Counted from the first letter of the stretch, positions 19,564 through 29,591 are shown. The stretch is 64,000 bases of DNA from Spirochaetia bacterium (GCA_963677925.2 CAXXYH010000003.1:1344001-1408000); one strand, 5' to 3'. Notes: generated by a model from the letters alone, not told the origin. A program made the numbers and translations.

Positions 19564-20795
19564 GCCTGCTTACCGATGAAGACATAAAATTCATCGATGA
19601 AAAAGCAGAACAGTATCGTTTCAGTTTTCAGGATAAAAAGAAAGTCTCCGAAATTGCCGATGACCTCAGACGCTGGGACGAAGGAAATATAACATCGTTC
19701 TGGCCGGCAGAAGAGAACTCAAAACTCAAGGGCAAAGATCTTCGGAAGCATATAATGAACAGCCTTATTACCGGGTGGGATATACTGAAGAAGTCTGATA
19801 AGGAGTATGAAAACTTTGAATCGGGCTATCAGCCGGAAAAGCGGATATCAGTACTTTCAGATACACCGGCGGAGAATCCTATTATGGGAACCTGTCCTGT
19901 CGCCTCGGAAAAGACCAGATGCTGCAACCTCAGGACGCTCGATGCCGTTATGAACTGCGGATTTGACTGCAGCTACTGCAGCATACAGACCTTCTACCAC
20001 ACGAGGGAAATCAAGTTTCACACCGATTTAAGGCAAAAACTTTCTATTATAAGTGATTCTCTTTCACCCGATCAGCGCTATCACATCGGCACAGGCCAGT
20101 CCTCGGATTCCCTGATGTGGGGAAACCATCAAGGAATGATGGAGCATCTGTTTGATTTTGCCGAGACAAACCCGAATGTGATTCTGGAACTGAAATCAAA
20201 ATCGGATAATATTGATTACCTGAGAGGACACAGGATTCCTCCTAATGTAGTGACAACATGGAGTCTTAATCCGGAAGTCATCATTGATAAAGAGGAACAT
20301 CTTGCAGCATCGCTTAAAAGGCGGCTTGCCGCTGCCGAGGCAGTTTCTTCTGCAGGCGGACTTGTAGGCTTTCACTTTCATCCTATGGTGATGTACAAAG
20401 GCTGGCAGGAAGGATACAGTTATATCTTCAGCGAACTGCTTAAACGATTCAATGCTGATGATGTCTGCATGGTTTCGATGGGAACACTGACTTTTATCAA
20501 ACCGGTGATGCGCGAGCTCAAACGCAGGATGTTTAAAAGCAAGATACTGCAGATGCCGATGACCGAGATTGCCGGAAAGTTTTCATACCCATTTGAGGTC
20601 AAGGCAGAGTTGTTCCGCTTCGCCTATGAAGCGCTGAAGCCCTGGCATGACTCAGTCTTCTTTTACATGTGCATGGAGGATATCGCACTATGGGAACCGG
20701 TATTCGGCAGAACGTACAGCACAAATGAGAATTTTGAAGAAGACATGATAAGCAGCTACTTTAAAAAGATAGAGAGTAAATGGAAAAAGCAGTAA
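19551..20795 (+). CDS. Radical SAM protein, spore photoproduct lyase (SplB)-like
   Basis: CGFDCSYC, IGTGQSSDSL, LELKSKS, WSLNP, FHFHP, FYMCME. Confidence 0.8.
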   Translation: MRDLSLLTDEDIKFIDEKAEQYRFSFQDKKKVSEIADDLRRWDEGNITSFWPAEENSKLKGKDLRKHIMNSLITGWDILKKSDKEYENFESGYQPEKRISVLSDTPAENPIMGTCPVASEKTRCCNLRTLDAVMNCGFDCSYCSIQTFYHTREIKFHTDLRQKLSIISDSLSPDQRYHIGTGQSSDSLMWGNHQGMMEHLFDFAETNPNVILELKSKSDNIDYLRGHRIPPNVVTTWSLNPEVIIDKEEHLAASLKRRLAAAEAVSSAGGLVGFHFHPMVMYKGWQEGYSYIFSELLKRFNADDVCMVSMGTLTFIKPVMRELKRRMFKSKILQMPMTEIAGKFSYPFEVKAELFRFAYEALKPWHDSVFFYMCMEDIALWEPVFGRTYSTNENFEEDMISSYFKKIESKWKKQ

Positions 20796-22030
20796 TAATC
20801 GGAGAAAAAGGCAGCGACAGCCTGATTGCGGAACTCAGCGAGATGGTCACAACCATCGGAATGGAAGTCTTTGACAGCATTACAGTCTCCGAAACTGCCA
20901 GACATCCAGCATGGCTGATAGGTTCGGGAAAGGCTGCCGAAATACTGGAATACTGCGATGATAATGAAGCAGATGTCATTGTTTTCAACATGGCCCTCTC
21001 GCCGTCTCAGCAGCGGAACTGGGAAAAGGCTTCCGGACTCTGTGTAATTGACAGACAGGAAGTAATTCTTGAAATATTCTCACAGCGGGCTGTCACCAGA
21101 GAAGCCAGCCTTCAGACAGGTCTTGCCCGCCTCGAATATTCCCTGCCCCGCCTGACCCGGGCATGGACCCACCTGTCACGGCAGCGCGGAGGAACTAGGG
21201 GAACACGTGGCGAGGGTGAAACCCAGCTTGAAGTTGACCGCCGTATTGTTCTTAACCGGATTGCGAAGATGAAGCGTGAGCTCGCCCAGATAGAAAAACA
21301 GCGCGCGGTCCGGCGGGCACGACGTACAGGTGCAGGTGTATTTTCAGCCTGTATAGTCGGTTATACGAATGCAGGTAAATCATCAATGCTGAATCTTTTA
21401 AGCGGTTCCGATGCCTATTCCGAGGATCTGCTCTTCGCCACACTCGACCCTACAACACGTATGGTGCAGCTGCCGTCCGGCACTGTCATAACATTGACTG
21501 ATACTGTCGGATTTATTAGAGACCTGCCTCACAAACTGGTTCAGGCCTTTCATTCAACTCTGGAAGAAGCCGTGCTTGCAGACCTGCTTATAAATGTAGT
21601 AGATGCATCGGACCCTGAGGCCGCAAACCATTTTGATACAACTGTAGAAACTCTTGCCGAGATAGGAGCAAAAGGCAAACGGATGATAACCGTCTTTAAC
21701 AAGATGGATCTGCTTGATGCTGATGATGAGGCCTTTATGTTCGGGCTGAACAGAATCAGCGGGCAGTCAGAGAAAACAATAAACTGCTCAGTAAAGGAAA
21801 AAACAGGTATAGAGGATCTTCTTGCTGAAATTGACGCAATTGTGGCTGAAACACGGGTTGAAACCGTGTTTATTATTCCCTTTTCAGACTACAGGGCCGC
21901 AGCCTACCTGCATGAAAACAGTGAAATTATTGAAGAAAAGCATCAGGATGAGGGTGTTGAAATTACAGTTGTCTGCAGTCCGGAGGTATCCGGAAGGCTT
22001 GAAAAGTACAGAAAACCGTCACAGGAATAA
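20780..22030 (+). CDS. hflX: Ribosome-splitting GTPase HflX
   Basis: GEGETQLEVDRR, VGYTNAGKSS, LFATLDPT, DTVGFI, NKMD. Confidence 0.96.
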   Translation: MEKAVIIGEKGSDSLIAELSEMVTTIGMEVFDSITVSETARHPAWLIGSGKAAEILEYCDDNEADVIVFNMALSPSQQRNWEKASGLCVIDRQEVILEIFSQRAVTREASLQTGLARLEYSLPRLTRAWTHLSRQRGGTRGTRGEGETQLEVDRRIVLNRIAKMKRELAQIEKQRAVRRARRTGAGVFSACIVGYTNAGKSSMLNLLSGSDAYSEDLLFATLDPTTRMVQLPSGTVITLTDTVGFIRDLPHKLVQAFHSTLEEAVLADLLINVVDASDPEAANHFDTTVETLAEIGAKGKRMITVFNKMDLLDADDEAFMFGLNRISGQSEKTINCSVKEKTGIEDLLAEIDAIVAETRVETVFIIPFSDYRAAAYLHENSEIIEEKHQDEGVEITVVCSPEVSGRLEKYRKPSQE

Positions 22031-22050
22031 GATTTTCAGGAATCTGATTT

Positions 22051-22455
22051 TCAGCTGACCATGGTGCCAAGAGCATAAGTCAGGGTTTTTATCATCTCTT
22101 CCCGCTTAAGCGGTTTTACAATGTAGTGTACGGCTCCGTTCAGGAAGGCTTCCTTCATCAGATCGGATTTACCCAGCGCGCTCACAATAACCACACAGGC
22201 TTCCGGATCAATTTTGCGGATCTCTTTCAGAGCCTCAACCCCGTGCATACCCGGCATAGTAATATCCATTGTGACAAGATCGATATCCGGAAAAAAGGCT
22301 TCATACTTCTCAACGGCTTCCTTGCCGTGTGACGCAACTCCGATAACCTCAAATCCTTCAGCTTCCAGCAGCTTCTTTATCTGGTTCTGCACAAAAAGAG
22401 AGTCATCAACTACCAGTACTTTATACGGAGTGCCGTCCGCTTTCAAACCGATCAT
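22051..22455 (-). CDS. cheY: Single-domain response regulator, CheY-like
   Basis: VLVVDDS, DLVTMDITMP, SA, YIVKP; N-terminal GTPYKVL typical of spirochaete CheY. Confidence 0.75.
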   Translation of the reverse strand: MIGLKADGTPYKVLVVDDSLFVQNQIKKLLEAEGFEVIGVASHGKEAVEKYEAFFPDIDLVTMDITMPGMHGVEALKEIRKIDPEACVVIVSALGKSDLMKEAFLNGAVHYIVKPLKREEMIKTLTYALGTMVS

Positions 22456-22545
22456 ACAATTATATTTTGTATTTTTTAGCGCTTAATTGCAAGCATTTTC
22501 GGGCATCTCTTGAAATAAATAATACAATGGTTTACGCTCAGATTC

Positions 22546-23742
22546 ATGAAAACATATGATGAGATCAATCACAGAATAGAGTCGGGAAAGGCGGTAGTCC
22601 TTACAGCAGATGAAGTTATAGACTACGTTGACAGAAAGGGACTTGATGAGGCCGCTGCTGAAATAGATGTAGTAACCACAGCAACCTTCGGACCTATGTG
22701 CTCATCTGGATGTTTTCTAAACTTCGGACACTCAAAGCCGAAGATGCGTATGACCGAAGTCTGGATTGATGATGTCATGGCATATGCCGGTATCGCAGCG
22801 GTGGATGTATACCTGGGGGCAACTCAGCTTCGGCACAATGATCCTGCAAACATGTACTATCCAGGCGACTTTCTATACGGCGGAGGCCACGTCATTGAAA
22901 AGCTGGTTGCAGGTGAAGAACTTCAGCTTTTTGCCCTCAGTTACGGTACAGATGAGTATCCGCTTAAAGAGATAAGAACGTATTTCACAATAGATGACCT
23001 TAACCAGGCCATCATGACAAATCCCCGCAACTGCTACCAGAACTACAATGTCGCAATCAACTGTTCCGACAAGCCTATTTATACATATCTGGGTGAGCTT
23101 AGACCGAACATGAAAAATCTCACATACTGCTCGGCCGGACAGCTTTCACCTCTTTTAAACGACCCGCTTTACCGGACTATAGGTGTAGGTACAAGCATCT
23201 GGCTTGCAGGAGCTCACGGACATGTATACTCCGAAGGAACCCAGCATGCCTCGGCCTGCCAGAGAGGTGAAAACGGAGTGCCGATGGAAGGCGCCGGAAC
23301 CCTGGCGCTTACCGGAAACATGAAGGAAATGGACCCGGAATTTGTCCGGGGAGTCAGCCTCAAGGGCTACGGAGTATCACTGGCTCTCGGAGTAGGTATT
23401 CCCATTCCTGTTCTTGATAAGGAAGTTTTAAGGCAGTGCTGTGTACGAGACAGCGAGATATTTGCCGAGGTAATTGACTATTCATCATCCTACCCGGAAC
23501 GGCGCGGAGACATACTTGGAAGACTGTCATATGCCGATCTTAGGAGCGGAACCGTTGATTTGAACGGAAAGAAGGTTGCAACCGGTTCTATGTCCTCATA
23601 TTCAAAGGCACTCAGGATCGCCGAACTGCTGAAAGAGGAAATCCGGAATGGCGACTTCCTGCTCAGCAAGCCCTTCAGGCCGCTGCCGGTAAACCAGGGA
23701 ATGAGCCCGCTTGATGTCAGGGCACAGGGAGAGAAAAAATGA
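22546..23742 (+). CDS. Homocysteine biosynthesis enzyme (L-aspartate semialdehyde sulfurtransferase, MA1821/DUF39 family), without CBS domains
   Basis: KTYDEINHRIESGKAVVLTADE, DVVTTATFGPMCSSG, YGGGHVIE, NPRNCYQNY, SAGQLSPLLNDP. Confidence 0.9.
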   Translation: MKTYDEINHRIESGKAVVLTADEVIDYVDRKGLDEAAAEIDVVTTATFGPMCSSGCFLNFGHSKPKMRMTEVWIDDVMAYAGIAAVDVYLGATQLRHNDPANMYYPGDFLYGGGHVIEKLVAGEELQLFALSYGTDEYPLKEIRTYFTIDDLNQAIMTNPRNCYQNYNVAINCSDKPIYTYLGELRPNMKNLTYCSAGQLSPLLNDPLYRTIGVGTSIWLAGAHGHVYSEGTQHASACQRGENGVPMEGAGTLALTGNMKEMDPEFVRGVSLKGYGVSLALGVGIPIPVLDKEVLRQCCVRDSEIFAEVIDYSSSYPERRGDILGRLSYADLRSGTVDLNGKKVATGSMSSYSKALRIAELLKEEIRNGDFLLSKPFRPLPVNQGMSPLDVRAQGEKK

Positions 23743-24164
23743 GCACTGCCGGAGAAATAACCAAAAGAGTAATACTGAGCTTTCCGAAGTTTGTATCAGG
23801 TCAGCCGATAATTACCGGACTGATTAGAAAATACGACCTCGAAATTAATATATACCGGGCAAGAGTTACACCCAATGAAGAAGGTTACATCGCAATTGAT
23901 GTAAAAGGAACAGAGGACCAGATAGACCAGGGTTTTGAGTTCATCCGCTCATGCAATGTTGAAATCAATCTAACTGAAAACAGTCTTCTGTGGGATAAAG
24001 ATAAGTGTACAGGATGCGGGAACTGCGTTCCCCACTGCCCCACCGGAGCCCTCTATGTGGTTGAGGACCGATCTAGAGCTATTGATTTTCACCGCGACAA
24101 ATGCATTGAATGCCTGAGCTGCATACGAAACTGTCCATTCGGAGCATGCAGCTCTATATTCTGA
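23739..24164 (+). CDS. NIL-domain 2x[4Fe-4S] ferredoxin (MA1822-like partner)
   Basis: N-terminal NIL-like domain, CTGCGNCVPHCP and CIECLSCIRNCP; ATGA overlap with the upstream gene. Confidence 0.9.
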   Translation: MSTAGEITKRVILSFPKFVSGQPIITGLIRKYDLEINIYRARVTPNEEGYIAIDVKGTEDQIDQGFEFIRSCNVEINLTENSLLWDKDKCTGCGNCVPHCPTGALYVVEDRSRAIDFHRDKCIECLSCIRNCPFGACSSIF

Positions 24165-24166
24165 AT

Positions 24167-24967
24167 ATGAGAGAATTCAGAACCTTCAGGTTCAGGGACG
24201 CATCATACCGTATTTCAGTCAGATTCGGAGCAAGCGGAAAGCAGCAGACCAGTTTGACAGACGCAATATACACCGAACTCTTCAGCATTATAACAGGGCT
24301 CAGGGAAGGCCTTGAAGCATTTGTAAAAACCGACCGTATCTTTTTATCCTCATTTTCACCTGTGGAGGCCTCCCCGGAAGCTCCCGAAGCGGCAAAAAGA
24401 ATGGCCGAGGCGGCATCACCTGCAGGGGTCGGCCCAATGGCGGCAGTTGCCGGAACCATAGCCCAGATGGCAGCCGAATCCGTATTCCAAAAGCATTCAG
24501 CAGACGGCCTCAGGGAGGTAATAATTGAAAACGGCGGTGATATATTCATTCAGACTGATGAGGCGCCTGCAGATTCTACAGATGAGACTTATAATATCAT
24601 TATCAGCCTGTTTACAGGCCCGGACTCACCTTTCAAAAACCTTGCGCTTAAAATACCATCCACTGACCTGCCGGTATCAGTCTGTTCTTCATCATCAATC
24701 ATGGGACATTCTGCAAGTATGGGAAACTGCGATCTTGCGACTGTCATTTCAAAAAGCGGCTCTCTGGCGGATGCCGCAGCTACTGCAGCCGCCAACCTTG
24801 TAAAAACAACAGACGATCTGAAAGCTGCAGCTGAGCAGATCTCTTCTATTGAGGGAATTATCGGAGTTTTACTGTTCAAGGATGATAAAATGGCCGCCGC
24901 CGGGCAGATACCGGAGATAATAAGGCAGAATGACCCGGAAAGCAGCAGCAAGATTACCATATACTGA
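24167..24967 (+). CDS. UPF0280/ApbE-like protein (COG2122, MA1715-like sulfide assimilation factor)
   Basis: GVGPMAAVAGTIA, IENGGDI, VCSSSSIMGHSASMG, ADAAATAAAN; start reassigned to ATG 24167. Confidence 0.85.
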   Translation: MREFRTFRFRDASYRISVRFGASGKQQTSLTDAIYTELFSIITGLREGLEAFVKTDRIFLSSFSPVEASPEAPEAAKRMAEAASPAGVGPMAAVAGTIAQMAAESVFQKHSADGLREVIIENGGDIFIQTDEAPADSTDETYNIIISLFTGPDSPFKNLALKIPSTDLPVSVCSSSSIMGHSASMGNCDLATVISKSGSLADAAATAAANLVKTTDDLKAAAEQISSIEGIIGVLLFKDDKMAAAGQIPEIIRQNDPESSSKITIY

Positions 24968-25049
24968 CATCCATAAATAAAAAAAACGATTCACGCTTAC
25001 CTCCAAAAGCGTTATAATGTGTTCACAGCTCAGACATGGAGACAGTACC

Positions 25050-25613
25050 TTGGGTAAAATGAAGAATGCCGACTCGGCAAAAACCCGTGAAAAAATCATC
25101 AGCGCGGCTGCTCATCTCATTATCCGGCAGGGAGCCGAGAACACAAGCCTCTCTGACATCGCCAAAGAAAGCGGAATAAGCAAGGGTACTCTTTACTATT
25201 ACTATCCAACCAAGTCTGAACTCATATTTGAAATTACAACAAGGCATATGCGAAGACTCACCGAGGATATCATTAGATGGGTCGGTGCAATGAAGGGCGG
25301 CCTGCCGCCCGAAAAGATACTTCAGGCGGTCTACAGTCTGCTGACAAGGGCAAGCAAGAGAGGAAGGCTGCACCTGTACCTTATCTATGACGGAATTTCC
25401 GGAAATGAAGCAGCCGCAGAACGGGTACGCGATATTTACCTAGACTGGAAAAAGGCTGTGAAGGACGGCCTTGGCAGGCTGGTAGAGGATGATCCAGACA
25501 AGGAAATACTTGCCGAACTTATCCTGGCCTGTCTTGACGGTGTTTTCATTCAGGCCAGTCTCGGTATCAACGACATTCCCCTTGAAAAAATGACCAGAAG
25601 AATCCTGGGATAA
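25050..25613 (+). CDS. TetR-family transcriptional regulator
   Basis: TSLSDIAKESGISKGTLYYYYPTKSEL; GGAG precedes TTG at 25050 (alternative start ATG 25059). Confidence 0.88.
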   Translation: MGKMKNADSAKTREKIISAAAHLIIRQGAENTSLSDIAKESGISKGTLYYYYPTKSELIFEITTRHMRRLTEDIIRWVGAMKGGLPPEKILQAVYSLLTRASKRGRLHLYLIYDGISGNEAAAERVRDIYLDWKKAVKDGLGRLVEDDPDKEILAELILACLDGVFIQASLGINDIPLEKMTRRILG

Positions 25614-25626
25614 TATTCATATTTAT

Positions 25627-25675
25627 TTGACAAGTTCCTATATAAAGTTTATAAATAAGTTAGAGTTAGCTCTAC
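25627..25675 (+). promoter_or_regulatory. Sigma70 promoter with MerR(AdhR)-type palindromic operator
   Basis: TTGACA-17 nt-TATAAA (25627-25655), followed by TAGAGTTAGCTCTA (25661-25674). Confidence 0.65.
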
Positions 25676-25711
25676 GTTTAACTTGCTTCAATTTTTCAGC
25701 GGAGGTGCATA

Positions 25712-26143
25712 ATGACTTACACCATAGGTGATGTAGCACAAAAATTTAATCTTAGTATTCATACCCTGCGTTACTATGAAAAAGAGGGACTTCTGCCCTT
25801 CGTTCAGCGTTCCGACAGCGGAATCAGAAAATTTGATGATAATGCAATTGAGGGTATTAAGGTTATTGAATGCCTTAAAAAAACCAACATGCAGCTGAAG
25901 GACATCAAGTCATTCATGGACTGGTGCACGGAAGGTGATGATTCTCTCAAACAAAGACAGAAGATGTTTCATGAGCGAAAGGCAATCGTTGAGCAGCAGA
26001 TAGCCGAACTTAACAATGTCATGGAACTTATCAATTATAAATGCTGGTACTATGATACCGCAGTTGAACTCGGCTCAGAAAAGGCTGTCTGGGACATGCC
26101 GCCTGAGCAGATACCTGAAGAGATAAAAGCTCTGAAGCATTAG
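25712..26143 (+). CDS. MerR-family regulator, AdhR-like
   Basis: YTIGDVA, HTLRYYEKEGL, IECLKKTNM with the conserved Cys, INYKCWYY. Confidence 0.9.
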   Translation: MTYTIGDVAQKFNLSIHTLRYYEKEGLLPFVQRSDSGIRKFDDNAIEGIKVIECLKKTNMQLKDIKSFMDWCTEGDDSLKQRQKMFHERKAIVEQQIAELNNVMELINYKCWYYDTAVELGSEKAVWDMPPEQIPEEIKALKH

Positions 26144-26160
26144 GGGGCTTCAGAGCTTTT
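26125..26160. terminator. Bidirectional intrinsic terminator between convergent genes
   Basis: AAAAGCTCTGAAGC / GCTTCAGAGCTTTT perfect inverted repeat. Confidence 0.75.
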
Positions 26161-26188
26161 ATTTACATTATCACCGCGGCCTTATTAC

Positions 26189-27118
26189 TTAATCAAAGAA
26201 ATAAGGCAGCAGATTATAGATATAATCATTCATGGCAGCGTATGTATGCACCCCGCCTTCTGCAACCATATAATACAGGTTGCTGCTGTTGAAATCCGTA
26301 CCGTAATGAAAAACATCATTTATTTTTTTCATTTCTTCTATCTGATCGGTCAGATTCTCATAGGCCATGTCTTTAGTACCGGTGGCAGCAAGAATCAGAA
26401 AATCTGCAGGTGTAATCCCGTATTTTTCCGGCACACTGCCAATGTACCCGGCCGTTTCTGCTGTTTTTGTACGGCCGCCCATAGTCTCAATAACCCAGCT
26501 GTCACCGCTCATCGGCATGAAATACTTGAACTCCGGCAGATTATTGATGAAGGTATACCAGGTGGTAACCGATCCCATTGAAAAGCCGCCGAATGCCCTG
26601 TTTTCACGGGCTGTTAGTGTCCGGTACTTTTCATCAACCGCAGGGATAAGATTTTCTGAAAGCTCGGAATGAAACTCGCTAACAAGGAGGGCATCATCAG
26701 AACTTGCAGGATTATAATAACTTGGAGTTACCACGATCATAGGCTCAATGTCGCCTTTTGCAATCATATTATCCAGAAGAACCTTCAATGAAGAGGTGCG
26801 GCCGACTCCGCCGAAAAAAGTTTCAGCCTGACCTGAACCTCCATGCATCAGGTAGAAGCTATTATAGCGCCGGTCAGCTCTTTCCTCATAATCAAAGGGC
26901 AGATAGATATAGGCATGCTTCTCAAATTTTCGGCCGTGATAATCTGCCACGTAATCCAGACGTTCGACCCTGCCCCCCTCATCATAGGTCTGCATATAAG
27001 GGGAAGGGATATTATTAAAATTCAATTCCGTACCAGTGTTTTTTTCACCGGCACCCTGTGCTGTTAAATTCATGCTATATATTAATAATAAAATACAGAC
27101 TATCAAAGTCTTTTTCAT
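26189..27118 (-). CDS. Secreted alpha/beta-hydrolase esterase (XynZ/feruloyl-esterase-like)
   Basis: Signal peptide, YLMHGGSG, RAFGGFSMG nucleophile elbow, GGVH. Confidence 0.85.
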   Translation of the reverse strand: MKKTLIVCILLLIYSMNLTAQGAGEKNTGTELNFNNIPSPYMQTYDEGGRVERLDYVADYHGRKFEKHAYIYLPFDYEERADRRYNSFYLMHGGSGQAETFFGGVGRTSSLKVLLDNMIAKGDIEPMIVVTPSYYNPASSDDALLVSEFHSELSENLIPAVDEKYRTLTARENRAFGGFSMGSVTTWYTFINNLPEFKYFMPMSGDSWVIETMGGRTKTAETAGYIGSVPEKYGITPADFLILAATGTKDMAYENLTDQIEEMKKINDVFHYGTDFNSSNLYYMVAEGGVHTYAAMNDYIYNLLPYFFD

Positions 27119-27133
27119 AATGAACTCCTGTTA

Positions 27134-28045
27134 TTAAAGATAAGTAAAAATTCCATCCAGGAAAAGACCAAGTAATATTGAGAAAAGAATCAGTACAGCA
27201 ACATAAAAACCAAGCATCTTCTTCGATAGAAAGCTTCCCATCGCAAGAAGCGGAGCTATCCTTGTCCCAGGTCCGGTTACAAGAAAAGCCATAGCAGCAC
27301 CGGTACTAAGTCCATTCTGCATAAGCATATCCACAAAGGGTATGATCCCCCCGCCGCAGACATAGACAGGTATACTTATAAGAGCTGCCAGAATTATATT
27401 TAACCAGCTGCTGTAGTATTCACCTTTCAAAAGTACCGAGACAGGAACAAGGGTTTCAAGCGTTGTGCTTGCCAGAACCCCAATCACAACATAAAAACCC
27501 ACATATTCGAGATTGAAATATGCACTTTTAAGAAAATCCGGAATTCTGAAGTTGTGAATATTTTTTTCTACACTGCTGGTCTGTCTTTTCAGCCTTTCAT
27601 GCACCTCATCAGTACCGAAACTGCCGTTCTTTTTTTCAAAGAAAATTATAATAACACCCAGAATAAGGGTGAATAAAAAAACGGCTGCCAGCCGGAGAAG
27701 TGCAAATTCGCCACCCAGACCGCCCCATGTTACGAGAAAAAGCTGAGGATTCATCAGCGAGGAGGCTGAAAGAAAGGTCAACAGAATTGAAAGGGCAACA
27801 CCACCGTGATACAGGCTGAGGATCACCGGAATAGTGGCAAATGTACTTAGCGGAGATATAATTCCAAGAACTGAAGCCGCAATAATCTTGAAAAACGAAT
27901 CTTTACCTGCAGCTTTTTTCCCGGCCTTACTGAAGGGGGTATATTTCAGGACTTCTGCAAGAAGCACCCCTATAAGAATATAGGGGAGCAGATCAAGCAG
28001 AAGAAGTCCTGATTTCTCAAGTATAGTTAATACAACTGAGAACAT
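27134..28045 (-). CDS. DUF318 (YraQ/ArsP-type) permease, copy 1
   Basis: ISPLSTFATIP, ASSLMNP, PVYVCGGG, GAAMAFLVTGP. Confidence 0.82.
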   Translation of the reverse strand: MFSVVLTILEKSGLLLLDLLPYILIGVLLAEVLKYTPFSKAGKKAAGKDSFFKIIAASVLGIISPLSTFATIPVILSLYHGGVALSILLTFLSASSLMNPQLFLVTWGGLGGEFALLRLAAVFLFTLILGVIIIFFEKKNGSFGTDEVHERLKRQTSSVEKNIHNFRIPDFLKSAYFNLEYVGFYVVIGVLASTTLETLVPVSVLLKGEYYSSWLNIILAALISIPVYVCGGGIIPFVDMLMQNGLSTGAAMAFLVTGPGTRIAPLLAMGSFLSKKMLGFYVAVLILFSILLGLFLDGIFTYL

Positions 28046-28055
28046 TCTATATTAT

Positions 28056-29591
28056 TCAGAGTGTTATTCTGCTGCTGTTCAGATACTTGTCGTAAGCCTG
28101 AATTTCAACTTTTGACGCGTTAAGCAGCTTCTGATCAGAGTAGTCCAGTTTTACACTCATACCCTGCCCCTTTGAAGACCCTGCTAATTTTCCGTCAATA
28201 AATACATCTATTTTAATCAGGTCCTTATCGGATTTAATATCAGCCTTGATTGTACCACCCTGCTTTGCAAAATTCTCAACTGATACTACAGGAGCTGTGA
28301 AGTCTTCATAATTCTTATGCCTTGGTTCAGGATACATCAGTGTCATGGGGAAGCCAGGAACTCCGAAAGGTTTCTTGACTTCTGCAACACTGGCATTACC
28401 CACTACATTAATTCTTGAAGGATCAGCAATTCCTGCATTGTCTGCAGCAAGTGTATGCAGATAATCAACCTTTTGGGCATCCATTCCTATGATATATGAA
28501 TGAATAGTATCCACAGCGACAGCATCTGATCCGGCAAGAATCAGCCGCATGTTCTTCTGGGCGTCTTCGAGGGAACGTGCACCCATTGCTACAGGTCCGT
28601 TTTCGGTTCCCTGCAGGCCGTCGGTAACAACAAAATCAACAGGCTTTACAAGGTAAAAATCGTGGATGAATTTGTTTATTGATTCCCAGCCGTGGTCAAT
28701 TGACATTCTGTTCAGATAAGGAGTTCCGCTTCCGGTAGAATAAACAAGTATGGGTGCGGTACCTATTGCTACATTCTTCACAGCACCGGTAACGGCTGCG
28801 TTCATATGACTTTTCAGAACAGGAAGGCTGATAACAACATCCGCTGAGTAATAGGTTTTGTCAATGTAATATAAGCCCTTGGTAAGTGTGGATACGTCAT
28901 CGGTAAAAATTTTGCGATCGCCCAAATCTACAGCAACCATATCATCTGTATTTATATTACTGTAATCACCGCCTGTTTCATCAAAAGTGAGAATCTCATC
29001 AACTTCAGGCAGATTTGCTTTGGTCCAGCCGACTATCTCCATGTTCCTTGGAGTATTTCCCCAGCCTGATGTTTCCATAAGATATATCCTGCCGCTTGGG
29101 TTAAGCTCACGTACAAGTTCGGATACGGCCTTGATTATCCGGTAGTCTGTTGCAATTCCGTTCACCTTCTGCGGAAGGTACCTGCTTTCATCGCTATAGC
29201 CGTCACCGTCTCTCATGGCAGAAAACATGCTGCCTGCATAACTTTTAGCGGCTATAAGGTTTGGTTTCAGAACTACAAAATCACCGTCTGAAACAATTCC
29301 ATCAAGACCACCGGCAAGCGCTACTGCTTCTCTTACCATCTGCCTGACTTCGGCATCGGTAATATCAGCAGCATTTTCTTTCGAACTGCGCACAAGTGCA
29401 ACATCAGTACTGTCATAATTCTTATTTACAAGCTCTGCTGAAACACTCTGTTTTTCAAGAACAGCCCTGGCCTCTTCATTTGAAACGGTTCTGCAGGCTG
29501 CAGCGGCAATGATAAGAACAAGCGCAGCAATCAGAATAATTCTTCTCCTGCGTGTCTTACGCAATTTTTTGTTTCCTTCATTTTTGCTCAT
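28056..29591 (-). CDS. Exported DUF362-domain protein, copy 1 (probable lipoprotein)
   Basis: VVLKPNL, ADVVISLPVLKSH, TGAVKN, DGLQGTENGP, DAVAVD; lipobox AAAC; start at 29591 follows GGAGGG. Confidence 0.8.
   Translation of the reverse strand: MSKNEGNKKLRKTRRRRIILIAALVLIIAAAACRTVSNEEARAVLEKQSVSAELVNKNYDSTDVALVRSSKENAADITDAEVRQMVREAVALAGGLDGIVSDGDFVVLKPNLIAAKSYAGSMFSAMRDGDGYSDESRYLPQKVNGIATDYRIIKAVSELVRELNPSGRIYLMETSGWGNTPRNMEIVGWTKANLPEVDEILTFDETGGDYSNINTDDMVAVDLGDRKIFTDDVSTLTKGLYYIDKTYYSADVVISLPVLKSHMNAAVTGAVKNVAIGTAPILVYSTGSGTPYLNRMSIDHGWESINKFIHDFYLVKPVDFVVTDGLQGTENGPVAMGARSLEDAQKNMRLILAGSDAVAVDTIHSYIIGMDAQKVDYLHTLAADNAGIADPSRINVVGNASVAEVKKPFGVPGFPMTLMYPEPRHKNYEDFTAPVVSVENFAKQGGTIKADIKSDKDLIKIDVFIDGKLAGSSKGQGMSVKLDYSDQKLLNASKVEIQAYDKYLNSSRITL

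Noticed and set aside
19551-20795. This radical SAM protein as the missing GRE activase
   Set aside because: Its motifs are SplB-like rather than the GCPLRCxWCxNPE type of GRE activases, and it lies in an unrelated operon with hflX.
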